A DNA stretch of 64,000 nt from Armatimonadota bacterium (GTDB taxonomy: Bacteria; Armatimonadota; Fimbriimonadia; Fimbriimonadales; GBS-DC): the NCBI GenBank assembly GCA_037445735.1, contig JBBIJY010000015.1, forward strand, positions 1-64,000, written 5' to 3'. Below the pieces are notes generated by a model. That model worked only from the letters and a program-made list of their open reading frames with translations, searched no databases and had not been told where the DNA came from. Of the stretch, positions 48,191-57,014 are shown in pieces. Position 1 is the first letter of the stretch; each line of letters opens with the position of its first letter. Position numbers and translations under genes: made by a program.

Positions 48191-48205
48191 GGTTGCGCTC
48201 CTCCC

Positions 48206-48826
48206 TCAAAGCGTGTCGGCGAATAGCTCGCTAACGGCGATTTCTGCGTCGGGCTTCGCCAGCGGGTGAACCACCTCACCGGGACGCACAATCTCGCGCA
48301 CCTTATAGCCGTAGCCAAATGGCATCTCTTCCAGCGGGCTGGGCGTTCGGTACACCTCCAGCAGGCGGTCTTTCAGGTTCACAATCCAGTATTCGGGGAT
48401 GCCCGCACGCGCGCACAGGCTCAACTTCTGCGTGCGGTCATACGCCAGCGTCGCGTCCGACACTTCCACCACCAGCACGGCGGTGCCGGGATGCGTCTGC
48501 TGATAGTCAGCAGGGGCGCCCTCGACCGCCGCGATATCGGGTTCAGGCTCGCTATCGCCCATCGCCAGCGCTCCCTGAAACCGAACCCAGTAGCCCTCGC
48601 GAAAGATTCGGTTGAACAGTCGCTGGATGCGGTCGCCTGAAGCGAAATGCTGGGGGCTTACAGGGGACATCTCTATCACCTCGCCTTCTATCCGCTCCAC
48701 CCGCCTGCCTTCGAAGAAGCCCTGCTCCGCCATGCGGTGGTACATCTCGCGCGTGATTTTGAGCCGCGGCACCGGGAGCCGTTCCTGACTCGCCTGCTGC
48801 GATTCCGACAGAGGTGTTCGTGCCAT
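48206..48826 (-). CDS. Uma2 (DUF820) family endonuclease-like protein
   Basis: VERIEGEVIEMSP, EPEPDI, LVVEVSD.TLAYDR..K, GIPEYWIVNL. Confidence 0.92.
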   Translation of the reverse strand: MARTPLSESQQASQERLPVPRLKITREMYHRMAEQGFFEGRRVERIEGEVIEMSPVSPQHFASGDRIQRLFNRIFREGYWVRFQGALAMGDSEPEPDIAAVEGAPADYQQTHPGTAVLVVEVSDATLAYDRTQKLSLCARAGIPEYWIVNLKDRLLEVYRTPSPLEEMPFGYGYKVREIVRPGEVVHPLAKPDAEIAVSELFADTL

Positions 48827-48877
48827 CCTCTCACCGCCATCGATTGTACCTGATTGCGGTATAATGCAGTCGTTGCG

Positions 48878-50083
48878 ATGGCAAAGACAGCGCTTCTGGT
48901 CTACTCCGGCGGGTTGGACACCACCGTGTGCATCCCGCTGTTGAGAGAGGAGTACGGTTTCGAGCATGTGGTGACCGTCACGGTGGATGTGGGTCAGCCG
49001 CGCGAGGATATTGCGGACGCGGCGGAACGCGCGGCGATTCTGGGCACGGAGCATTACACGGTGGACGCGCGCGCCGAGTTCGCCCGTGACTACTGCATGC
49101 CAGCGGTCAAAGCGAACGCCGACTATCAGGGCTACCCGCTCAGCACAGCGATTGCCCGCCCACTGATTGCCCGCAAGGCAGTGGAGGTGGCGCGGAACCT
49201 GCCGCGAGTCGACGCCTTTGTTCACGGCTGCACGGGCAAAGGCAACGACCAGTTCCGAATCGAGTTCATCCTGCGCACCCTGATGCCCCATGTGCCCATC
49301 GTTGCGCCCATGCGCGAGCGCAACATGACCCGCACGGAGGAGATCGAGTATGCGCGGGCGCGCGGCGTGCCGATTCATCAGAGCGCGGACAAAATCTGGA
49401 GCATCGACGAGAACCTGTGGGGACGCTCCATCGAGGGCGGGCGGCTCGAAGACCCCGCGTATGTGCCTCCAGAGGAGATCTATCGCTGGACTCGCAACCC
49501 GCAGGACGCGCCCGACGAACCCCAGCGGCTCACAATCGAATTCGAAGCGGGTGTGCCCGTTGCACTTGATGGACAGCGCATGGAGCCGCTCGCGCTGATC
49601 CAGAACCTGAACGAGATAGCCGGCTCACACGGCGTCGGACGCATCGATATGATGGAGGACCGCCTGATCGGGCTGAAGGTGCGCGAGAACTACGAGTGCC
49701 CCGCCGCCGTCACGCTCATCACGGCGCATCGCGCGCTGGAGGCGCTGGTGTGCGCCCGCGAGGAACTGCGCTTCAAGGCGCAGGCTGATCGCGCCTGGGC
49801 AGAACTCGCCTACGCGGGGCTGTGGCTCGATCCCTTCAAAGACTCGCTGGAGGCGTTCATCGACAAGGTGCAGGAGCGCGTGTGGGGCACGGTAACGGTG
49901 CGCCTGTTCAAGGGGAGCGCGAGCGTGGTGGCGCGCTCCAGCCCGTGGGCACTCTACGATGAGTCGCTCGCCTCGTTCGACACGCGCGATTTCGACCAGT
50001 CGGAGATGAGCAGCGCGGTCAAAACGCACGGGCTGCCCGCCCGACTCTACTACCAGCTCAAGCAGCGAGGTCAACAGCCATGA
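48878..50083 (+). CDS. argG: Argininosuccinate synthase
   Basis: YSGGLDT, HGCTGKGNDQFR, SIDENLWGRS.EGG, GLKVRENYECP. Confidence 0.97.
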   Translation: MAKTALLVYSGGLDTTVCIPLLREEYGFEHVVTVTVDVGQPREDIADAAERAAILGTEHYTVDARAEFARDYCMPAVKANADYQGYPLSTAIARPLIARKAVEVARNLPRVDAFVHGCTGKGNDQFRIEFILRTLMPHVPIVAPMRERNMTRTEEIEYARARGVPIHQSADKIWSIDENLWGRSIEGGRLEDPAYVPPEEIYRWTRNPQDAPDEPQRLTIEFEAGVPVALDGQRMEPLALIQNLNEIAGSHGVGRIDMMEDRLIGLKVRENYECPAAVTLITAHRALEALVCAREELRFKAQADRAWAELAYAGLWLDPFKDSLEAFIDKVQERVWGTVTVRLFKGSASVVARSSPWALYDESLASFDTRDFDQSEMSSAVKTHGLPARLYYQLKQRGQQP

Positions 50084-50158
50084 GCCTGCTGGGCTGGCGT
50101 TCCGCTGCCGAAGCCCATCAGCTCATCATCGAAGCACAGCGAAGGTTCCTGCAAAAGT

Positions 50159-50190
50159 GAGCAGCCCTCCCCAAAAGGGAAGGGCTGCTC
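50159..50190. terminator. Hairpin between convergent genes
   Basis: gagcagccctccc-caaaa-gggaagggctgctc. Confidence 0.55.
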
Positions 50191-50212
50191 GCCCATAGAG
50201 TGGCAGATGGCT

Positions 50213-51223
50213 TCAGCAGCCGTTGCCGAACTCAAACAGCACATTCAGCAGGTCGGCATCGTCTACAGTGCCATCGCCGTTGGTGTCTTCAGGCATGAAG
50301 GCTCCCGTGTTCCCGAAGGCGAACAGCACTGCCAGCAGGTCGGCATCATCCACGCAGCCGTTCATGTCCACATCGCCGAAGCTGAAGGCGGTGAAGGCAA
50401 CATTGTCCACCGCGAGGATGTTGCCTTCGTTGGTGCCCGTGCCGCCACCCACAAAGAAGCGGAATGCGGTGGGAATGGCTGCCGTGCGGTTGACCAGATA
50501 CCAGTAGGGAAAGTCCGCCGTTGGACCGACAGGCGTGGAGAAGGTATCACCCGTCGCTAAATCGCGGATGCCGACCTTCACCAAATGCCGGGCGTCGGGA
50601 TTGCTATCGTCGAGCCTGAACGCAACGAAGCGACGATACCACTTGTTGATTTGAAGTCCGTGGAAGGGGTTGGGCGGGTCAAAAGACACGATAGATGCAG
50701 AACCACCCGAATCGGACACCACCCAGGTCATTCGCCAGCCATCGTTTGGGGTGACTTGGGGACTAACCCACTGGAACAGGTCGATGAAATACCGGTAGTT
50801 AGCCGTGGCAGGTTGCAACGAGAATGAGGCAATGTTATCGTAGTTGAGACCATCGGCGCTCACGCTCGGATCGAAGTTCACCGCCACATCGTAGCTCACC
50901 AGCCAGATGGTCCGTGCGCCCCAGTTGAAATCCTTCTGGGCGCGTGGGAAGAAGCCGGGTGTATCCTTACGCGCCGCGATAAATTGTTGACCGCCGCCAG
51001 GATTGCTGCCAAGCGAGCCGAGCCAGGCAGGCAGCCCAGAGTAGAGATAGACCGACCAGTCGGTGCTGGACGCGGGCCGGTACCAGGAGTTCTGACCTGT
51101 CAGAATACCGGGTGCGTAAGTGGGCGGCTCGAAGCCGTCAAAGAAGGACTGGGCATTCGCAAATGCCACCAGCATCCCTATCAGCGCCACTATCAGCATG
51201 CCTTTCTGCAAGGGTCGCATCAT
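50213..51223 (-). CDS. Secreted protein with dockerin-like tail ending Gly-Cys
   Basis: Signal peptide; FFDGFEPPTYAPGILTGQ; GDVDMNGCVDDADLLAVLFAFG..DTNGDGTVDDADLLNVLFEFGNGC. Confidence 0.85.
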   Translation of the reverse strand: MMRPLQKGMLIVALIGMLVAFANAQSFFDGFEPPTYAPGILTGQNSWYRPASSTDWSVYLYSGLPAWLGSLGSNPGGGQQFIAARKDTPGFFPRAQKDFNWGARTIWLVSYDVAVNFDPSVSADGLNYDNIASFSLQPATANYRYFIDLFQWVSPQVTPNDGWRMTWVVSDSGGSASIVSFDPPNPFHGLQINKWYRRFVAFRLDDSNPDARHLVKVGIRDLATGDTFSTPVGPTADFPYWYLVNRTAAIPTAFRFFVGGGTGTNEGNILAVDNVAFTAFSFGDVDMNGCVDDADLLAVLFAFGNTGAFMPEDTNGDGTVDDADLLNVLFEFGNGC

Positions 51224-51348
51224 CTCACACCTCCATCAGTCTAACTTGCAGGGGATTGACACCCTGCATCCCTATTATACCCCAATTTTGCGGGGATTCC
51301 TGCATCGATGCAGGGTAATATGGGCGAATCAGGGGGGCGAAAAAAAAA

Positions 51349-51425
<77 letters not shown>

Positions 51426-51440
51426 TCGTTAGCGCTTTAA

Positions 51441-51471
51441 TTAATACCCGATGGGGGTAGGGGTTTGTCAA
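51441..51471 (-). promoter_or_regulatory. tRNA-fMet promoter
   Basis: Minus strand ccccTTGACA followed 19 nt later by TATTAA. Confidence 0.65.
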
Positions 51472-51480
51472 GGGGGTGGG

Positions 51481-51621
51481 GAGGCGGTTCGAAGATTCAG
51501 GGACATAATCCTGAGTGAAGCCCCTCACCCGTACCCTCTCCCCCGCTGGGGGAGAGGGGTTTCGTTTCTCCCTCTCCCCCGCTGGGGAGAGAGTCGGGGT
51601 GAGGGGCAGACTTTCCTCTGG
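51481..51621. mobile_element. Partial copy of the MITE at 59519..59688 (inverted, one TIR retained)
   Basis: gaggcggttcgaagattc (15/18 to TIR), then gtgaagcccctcacccgtaccctctccccc..gtgaggggc nearly identical to reverse complement of 59554..59649. Confidence 0.75.
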
Positions 51622-51680
51622 GCGGGGAATCCTGTCTTCCCTGCGTCGCCCGGGCGCCCTTGCTGCGCTGTAGTGAAGAA

Positions 51681-52538
51681 CTAACAGCCGCCACCGAAGT
51701 TGAATAGCACGGTCAGCACATCGGCGTCGTCCACGATGCCATCGTCGTTGAGGTCGGTGGCAGGGTCGCTGCTGCCAAACGCGAACAGCACCGCGAGCAG
51801 GTCGCTATCGTCCACGCAGCCGTTGCCATCGACATCGCCCTCCTGCTCGGACTGGGCGACCGCCGCGATGGAGAGATTGTCATAGAACGCTGCGTCGTTC
51901 GAATTGCTGCCGAAGTTGAAGTGCCACACATCGGCGTCGCCGAACACCGCATTCGCTCGATTGCTGATGCGTCCATCACCCACCAGCTGACCGTTCACAA
52001 ACGCCTGGAAGTTGCCCGTGTTGTAGTTGATCACGAGGCGGTATCGGTTCCATCTATCGCGCTGAACGAAAACCCCTGTCTGGTAGAGTTGCTCAGTGAC
52101 GCCGTTCACATAGCGGACCAGCACCACTTCGTTGCTGGGATACACAGCGAGGGCGCACACGCGCTCGATATTGCCGGAATAGTTATCGATGCCGTACTGT
52201 CCCTGTCGGGCGCTGGTGGTGAGATACATGTCCCAGCGAATGACGATAATCTTGTTGGGGCTGGCGCTGGTGTCGTGGTTGATCGGTTTCCACCACCAGC
52301 TGTTGGCGCCGCCGCTCACAGGGGTGATTTTGAGCGATTGCACGCCGGAGAACGCGCGTTCGGTGCTGATCTGCCCAAGATTCGGCACGCTGATGTGATA
52401 CTCATTCCAGCCGTCCTGACCCGCGATATTGCCAGGCGCGAAGGGTGGGTTCTCAAAACCCGTCTGATACAGCACCTGCGCCTGCAGGCAGGCGAGGCTC
52501 ATGGTCAGTGCTAGACTCCAGAGTGCCTTTCGTCGCAT
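51681..52538 (-). CDS. Secreted protein with dockerin-like tail ending Gly-Cys
   Basis: Signal peptide; LYQTGFENPPFAPGNIAGQDGW (paralog of 50213..51223); GDVDGNGCVDDSDLLAVLFAFG..DDADVLTVLFNFGGGC. Confidence 0.85.
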   Translation of the reverse strand: MRRKALWSLALTMSLACLQAQVLYQTGFENPPFAPGNIAGQDGWNEYHISVPNLGQISTERAFSGVQSLKITPVSGGANSWWWKPINHDTSASPNKIIVIRWDMYLTTSARQGQYGIDNYSGNIERVCALAVYPSNEVVLVRYVNGVTEQLYQTGVFVQRDRWNRYRLVINYNTGNFQAFVNGQLVGDGRISNRANAVFGDADVWHFNFGSNSNDAAFYDNLSIAAVAQSEQEGDVDGNGCVDDSDLLAVLFAFGSSDPATDLNDDGIVDDADVLTVLFNFGGGC

Positions 52539-52637
52539 ACAGTTCGCCTCCGTTTCCTGTCGATTCGACCGATGGTCGCTCCAGCAGGTTTCGGCTCTAT
52601 TATAGCCGATTTGGTGGGGAAGATGGGGCTTGTGATT

Positions 52638-53234
52638 TTACGGGTTTTTGATGGGGCGCCAGCCGATGAGCGTTTCGAGGCGCTGGATGAGGGTGGGCAG
52701 GGGTAAGCCGACCACATTGAAGTAGTCGCCCTGCACGCGCTCCACCAGCAGAGCGCCATACTCCTGAATGCCGTACGCGCCTGCCTTATCGAACGGCTCG
52801 CCCGTGCCGATGTACCATTCGATCCATTCCGTGGTGAGGGTTCGGAAGGTGACGCGCGTGCGCGGGGCGTCGAGGGTGAGGTGTGTGGTGCGCCCCTGCT
52901 GGCGCAGGAGCAGGCAGAGCGCGGTGATGACGGTGTGGGTGCGCCCAGAGAGCAGGCGCAGCATCTGGCGGGCTTCGTCGGCGGTCTGCGGCTTGCCCAG
53001 CACCTGCTGATCCAGCACCACCAGCGTGTCGGCGGCGATGATGAGCGCGTCGGGGTAGGCGGGGGCGACCGCTTCAGCTTTGGCGCGAGCCAGCCGCTTC
53101 GCCAGCGGCGCGGGGCGCGTTGTAAAAGGGGGCAGCCATTCTTCGATTCGGGCAGGATGGATTGTGAACGGCTGCCCCAGCAAGCGCAACAGAGCCTGCC
53201 GCCGCGGCGACTCAGAAGCCAGCACCCACTGCAC
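52638..53234 (-). CDS. maf: Maf family nucleotide pyrophosphatase
   Basis: LASESPRR, IAADTLV..LGKP, LSGRTH, DKAGAYGIQ, NVVGLP. Confidence 0.95.
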   Translation of the reverse strand: MQWVLASESPRRQALLRLLGQPFTIHPARIEEWLPPFTTRPAPLAKRLARAKAEAVAPAYPDALIIAADTLVVLDQQVLGKPQTADEARQMLRLLSGRTHTVITALCLLLRQQGRTTHLTLDAPRTRVTFRTLTTEWIEWYIGTGEPFDKAGAYGIQEYGALLVERVQGDYFNVVGLPLPTLIQRLETLIGWRPIKNP

Positions 53235-53242
53235 AGCGCCCC

Positions 53243-53833
53243 CTACAGGATTTCCGCTGCCGTGATGATGCTCTGCGCAATCTCCTTCATCGTCTTATTC
53301 TGATTGCGTGCCATAAAATGAATGCGCCGAAACGCCTCCGATTCGCTCAATCCCAGCCGATCCATCAGGATGCCTTTGGCGCGTTCGATCAGCTTGCGCG
53401 TTTCGAGCGCCTCTTTGAGTTCCTGCACCTCCTTATCTTTGCTCTGCATCTCGCGGAATCGGGTGAGCGCGACATTGATGGCGGGTGCCAGCTCCTGCTT
53501 GCGGAACGGTTTGAGCAGATAGGCATAGGCGCCGGCAGCGGTCGCCTGATTGACCAGTTCCTCTTCCGCATAGGCGGTGAGGAACACAATCGCGCACGGG
53601 TGCTGCTGCACGATCTGGCGAGCCGCCTCGATGCCGTCCATAATCGGCATGCGGATGTCCATCACCACCACATCGGGCAGGGTCTGAAGGGCGACCCGTA
53701 CGGCATCCTCACCCGTTTCGGCTTCGCCCACCACTTCATAGCCCAGCTGCTCCAGCTGGGTCTTGACCATCAACCGCGTCAGCTCTTCATCCTCTGCGAT
53801 TAACACTCGGACAGGGGATTTGTATGGTTCCAT
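53243..53833 (-). CDS. Response regulator with ANTAR domain (PdtaR/EutV-like)
   Basis: IAEDE, MDIRMP..DG, LTAY, YLLKP, LETRKLIERAKGILM. Confidence 0.93.
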   Translation of the reverse strand: MEPYKSPVRVLIAEDEELTRLMVKTQLEQLGYEVVGEAETGEDAVRVALQTLPDVVVMDIRMPIMDGIEAARQIVQQHPCAIVFLTAYAEEELVNQATAAGAYAYLLKPFRKQELAPAINVALTRFREMQSKDKEVQELKEALETRKLIERAKGILMDRLGLSESEAFRRIHFMARNQNKTMKEIAQSIITAAEIL

Positions 53834-53849
53834 CGTTCTCCCTCCTGCT

Positions 53850-54944
53850 TCAGGTTCGCTCCGCTCGGCGTGCGATGTAGGCGCGTGCCATCTCCAGTTT
53901 ACCGGCGGTGGTGTAGCACGGGTCGGCAGGCGTGAGGGGCAACCTGACAGGTTCGCCCGTGAACGCCGACTGATAGATGGCACTGATCAGCTCCAGCGAG
54001 AGACGTCCCTCCTCGCCGCTCACGGGTGGCTGGGTGCCTTCTCGCACGCATCGCACGAAGTCATGAATCTGTGCCGCGTGCCCGGGGTAGGCGGGTTCTT
54101 CGATTTCGCGGCACGCTTCCGCTATGGCGGTCAATTGCGCTTCGTCCCGTGAATGGGGACGGAACGGAAACATCTGGATACTGCCCTGCGTGCCCAGAAT
54201 CAGGATACGGCTCACATCCATTTCCAGCTCGGCGGCGGTGGAGGCGCAGAAGCTGGCATAGCGGGCAGGACGCTCCCAGTACAGGCTTGCCATGCACCAG
54301 TCTTCCACTTCGATGTCGTGGGCAACGGTGTCGATGGTCGCCTGCACGCTGTTGGGCAGCCCCAGCAGATGCACCAGCATATCGACATGGTGCGAGGCCT
54401 GGTTGATGACGGCGCCGCCCCCTTCAGTGGACCAGCGTCCGCGCCAGCTCACTTCGTAGTAGACGGGTCGCCGCCACCAGAGACAGCTGACCTCCGCATA
54501 GAACGGGTTGCCGATCAGCCCCCGTTCCAGCACCAGCCTGGCGCGGCGCGTGTCCGCCTCATAACGCAGCTGGAAGATGGCGCTGAGCAGGCGTCGGGTG
54601 CGCCGCGCGGTGGCAATCATTGTGTCGGCTTCATCGAGGCTGACTGCCATCGGCTTCTCCACCAGCACATGCTTGCCCGCCTCCATCGCGGCAATCGCCA
54701 TCGGCGCGTGCAGGTGGTGCGGTGTGCAAATACTCACAATCTGAATCTCGTCGTTGCGCAGCAGGTCCTCCGCTTCGGTTGTCCAGAGCGGCACCTGATA
54801 GCGCATCGCCAGCGCACGCGCCCGATCCTCGTCAATATCGGCGACGCCCACAATCTGCACCTCGGGCGCCAGTTGCGCATAGGCTTTGGCATGAGCGCTG
54901 GCTATACCGCCCGCCCCGATAATCCCGACACCAATCTGTTCCAT
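53850..54944 (-). CDS. Gfo/Idh/MocA oxidoreductase
   Basis: GIIGAGGIA..H, KHVLVEKPMA, GGGAVINQASHHVD. Confidence 0.92.
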   Translation of the reverse strand: MEQIGVGIIGAGGIASAHAKAYAQLAPEVQIVGVADIDEDRARALAMRYQVPLWTTEAEDLLRNDEIQIVSICTPHHLHAPMAIAAMEAGKHVLVEKPMAVSLDEADTMIATARRTRRLLSAIFQLRYEADTRRARLVLERGLIGNPFYAEVSCLWWRRPVYYEVSWRGRWSTEGGGAVINQASHHVDMLVHLLGLPNSVQATIDTVAHDIEVEDWCMASLYWERPARYASFCASTAAELEMDVSRILILGTQGSIQMFPFRPHSRDEAQLTAIAEACREIEEPAYPGHAAQIHDFVRCVREGTQPPVSGEEGRLSLELISAIYQSAFTGEPVRLPLTPADPCYTTAGKLEMARAYIARRAERT

Positions 54945-55093
54945 CCTGCGTGCCTGCGCAGCAAGCCCGCCGGCACAGGCTTGCTACTCCATCCTATTTT
55001 ACCACCCTGCTGACCGCGAATGCAAGAGCAAAGCCATCGTAAAAGGTCAAACGGCGTCGAATAAGGTAGAATCGCTACTGGAGGTGGCTTCCG

Positions 55094-56899
55094 ATGGTGC
55101 GATGGAGCCTGACCATTGCGATATTGGCGGGATTGGTGCTGAATGGCTGGTTGACCGACCGAACCGTTAAACGGGCACCAGCACCACCCATCACAGCGCT
55201 TCAATGGCGGGATATTAACGGCAAGGTGATGCGCTGGAGCGATTGGCGTGGGAGCCGGGTAATCGTGATGCTGACGCTTTCGACGCGCTGTCCAGCGGTG
55301 CCGCGCTATGCGCCGCGCCTGAACCGCCTGTATAGCACCTATCACTCGCGTGGCGTGGCGTTTGTTGGGCTGTACCCCGAAGCGGACGAGACGCCTGAGC
55401 GCGTGCGCGACCATGCCCGACGCATGGGCTTCCAGTTCCCGGTGGTGATCGAGGGCGCGGCGGCGATTGCCCGTGCACTCAAAGCGACCCATGTGCCGCA
55501 GGCGTTCGTGCTGAACTCACAGGGGCAGTTGCTTTACAGCGGCGCCATCGATAGCGTCATCAAGCGCGAGGTCGGTCAACACGCCTACCTGCGCGACGCG
55601 ATTGAAGCCGTGCTGAATCGCAAGCCTGTTAAGATTGCCCGCACCGCCGTCACGGGCTGCTTCCTGACCCTGCCCGCTGACAAGCCCACGCCGCCGCGCG
55701 TGACCTTCGCCGAGCATATCGCGCCCATCCTCTATCAAAACTGCACCACCTGCCACCGCCCCGGCGACATCGGTCCATTCCCCCTGCAAACCTATGAAGA
55801 TGCCCGCCGCTGGGCGAAAGAGATCAAGTTCTACACGCAGAGCCGCCAGATGCCGCCCTGGAAGCCCGTGCCGGGCTGGGGCGAGTTCCGTGAGGAGCGA
55901 CGCCTCACTGACGAGCAGATTCGGCTGATCGCCGAATGGGTCGATTCAGGCGCGCCGGCGGGCGACCTGTCCCGCGCGCCCAGGCCCCCGGAGTTCAATA
56001 AAGGCTGGTACTTCGGTGAACCCGATCTTGTCGCCGAGATGCCCGAAGAGTACACGGTGGAGGGCACAGGGGGCGACGAATATCGCTACTTCGTGATCCC
56101 CGTTGAAGTGCCCGAAGGCGCGGCGATGGAAGCCATCGACATTCAGCCGGGCAACCGCACGGTGGTCCACCACGCGAATGTGTTTATTGACCTTTCCGGC
56201 ACAGCACGCCGACTGGACGCGGAAGACCCTGCGCCGGGCTATGCGCGCTTTGGCGGAGGTGGCTTTATCCCCGCGATGATGCTGGGCGGCTGGGTGCCCG
56301 GCATGCGCCCGATGCGGCTCGAGCCAGGCTACGCCGTGCTGCTGCCCCGCAAGTTCGACCTGGTACTGCAAATCCACTACTTCAAGCGAGGTACCCGCGA
56401 GAAAGACCGCACGCGCGTCGGGCTATACTTCTCGCGAGCGAAGCCCATCAAACCCGTTCAGCTGGTGGTGATTGGCAACACGCGCTTTGTCATCCCGCCC
56501 GGCGCCAGACGCTACGAGATTCGCGCCCGGTGGAAGACGCCTTCCGACCGCCCCGTGTACGCGCTGGCGATTATGGCGCATATGCACCTGATTGCGCGCG
56601 GCTGCGAGGTGATCGCTCGCGCACCCGACGGACGCACCATCCCACTGCTGAAAATCGACGACTACGACTTCAACTGGCAGCAGACCTACTTCTACAAGCA
56701 GCCAATTGAGCTGCCGCCGGGCACGGTGATTGAGGCGGTGGGCTGGTACGACAACTCGTCGGACAACCCGAACAATCCGAGCAATCCGCCGCGCGAGGTG
56801 CGCTATGGCGAACGCACCTACGACGAGATGTTCTACATCTTCCTCGCCATCCACGACCCGCAGGCGAAAGGTTCCTATCTCATCCCCGCCTCACTTTAG
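55094..56899 (+). CDS. Redoxin + c-type heme + copper type II (PHM/DBH-like) monooxygenase fusion
   Basis: RCPAV..YSGAID..TGC redoxin; CTTCH; VVHHAN, LQIHY, AHMHL, DEMF copper ligands. Confidence 0.82.
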   Translation: MVRWSLTIAILAGLVLNGWLTDRTVKRAPAPPITALQWRDINGKVMRWSDWRGSRVIVMLTLSTRCPAVPRYAPRLNRLYSTYHSRGVAFVGLYPEADETPERVRDHARRMGFQFPVVIEGAAAIARALKATHVPQAFVLNSQGQLLYSGAIDSVIKREVGQHAYLRDAIEAVLNRKPVKIARTAVTGCFLTLPADKPTPPRVTFAEHIAPILYQNCTTCHRPGDIGPFPLQTYEDARRWAKEIKFYTQSRQMPPWKPVPGWGEFREERRLTDEQIRLIAEWVDSGAPAGDLSRAPRPPEFNKGWYFGEPDLVAEMPEEYTVEGTGGDEYRYFVIPVEVPEGAAMEAIDIQPGNRTVVHHANVFIDLSGTARRLDAEDPAPGYARFGGGGFIPAMMLGGWVPGMRPMRLEPGYAVLLPRKFDLVLQIHYFKRGTREKDRTRVGLYFSRAKPIKPVQLVVIGNTRFVIPPGARRYEIRARWKTPSDRPVYALAIMAHMHLIARGCEVIARAPDGRTIPLLKIDDYDFNWQQTYFYKQPIELPPGTVIEAVGWYDNSSDNPNNPSNPPREVRYGERTYDEMFYIFLAIHDPQAKGSYLIPASL

Positions 56900-56971
56900 A
56901 ACCATCCATCGCGCTCAGCGGAGAGGGAGAACACCAATCCCTCTCCGCTTTTGGGTAGAGGGAGCTAAGGG

Positions 56972-57000
56972 AAAACCTTCACGCCGTACTTATCGTCTAA
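56972..57000 (+). promoter_or_regulatory. Putative ECF sigma promoter
   Basis: AAAAC-17 nt-CGTCTAA, 14 nt before the ATG at 57015. Confidence 0.55.
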
Positions 57001-57014
57001 TCAGCGGTGAGAGC

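Noticed and set aside
53243-53850. ANTAR target RNA (dual hairpin) or cognate kinase near the regulator
   Set aside because: None recognisable; the gene is internal to an operon with short gaps
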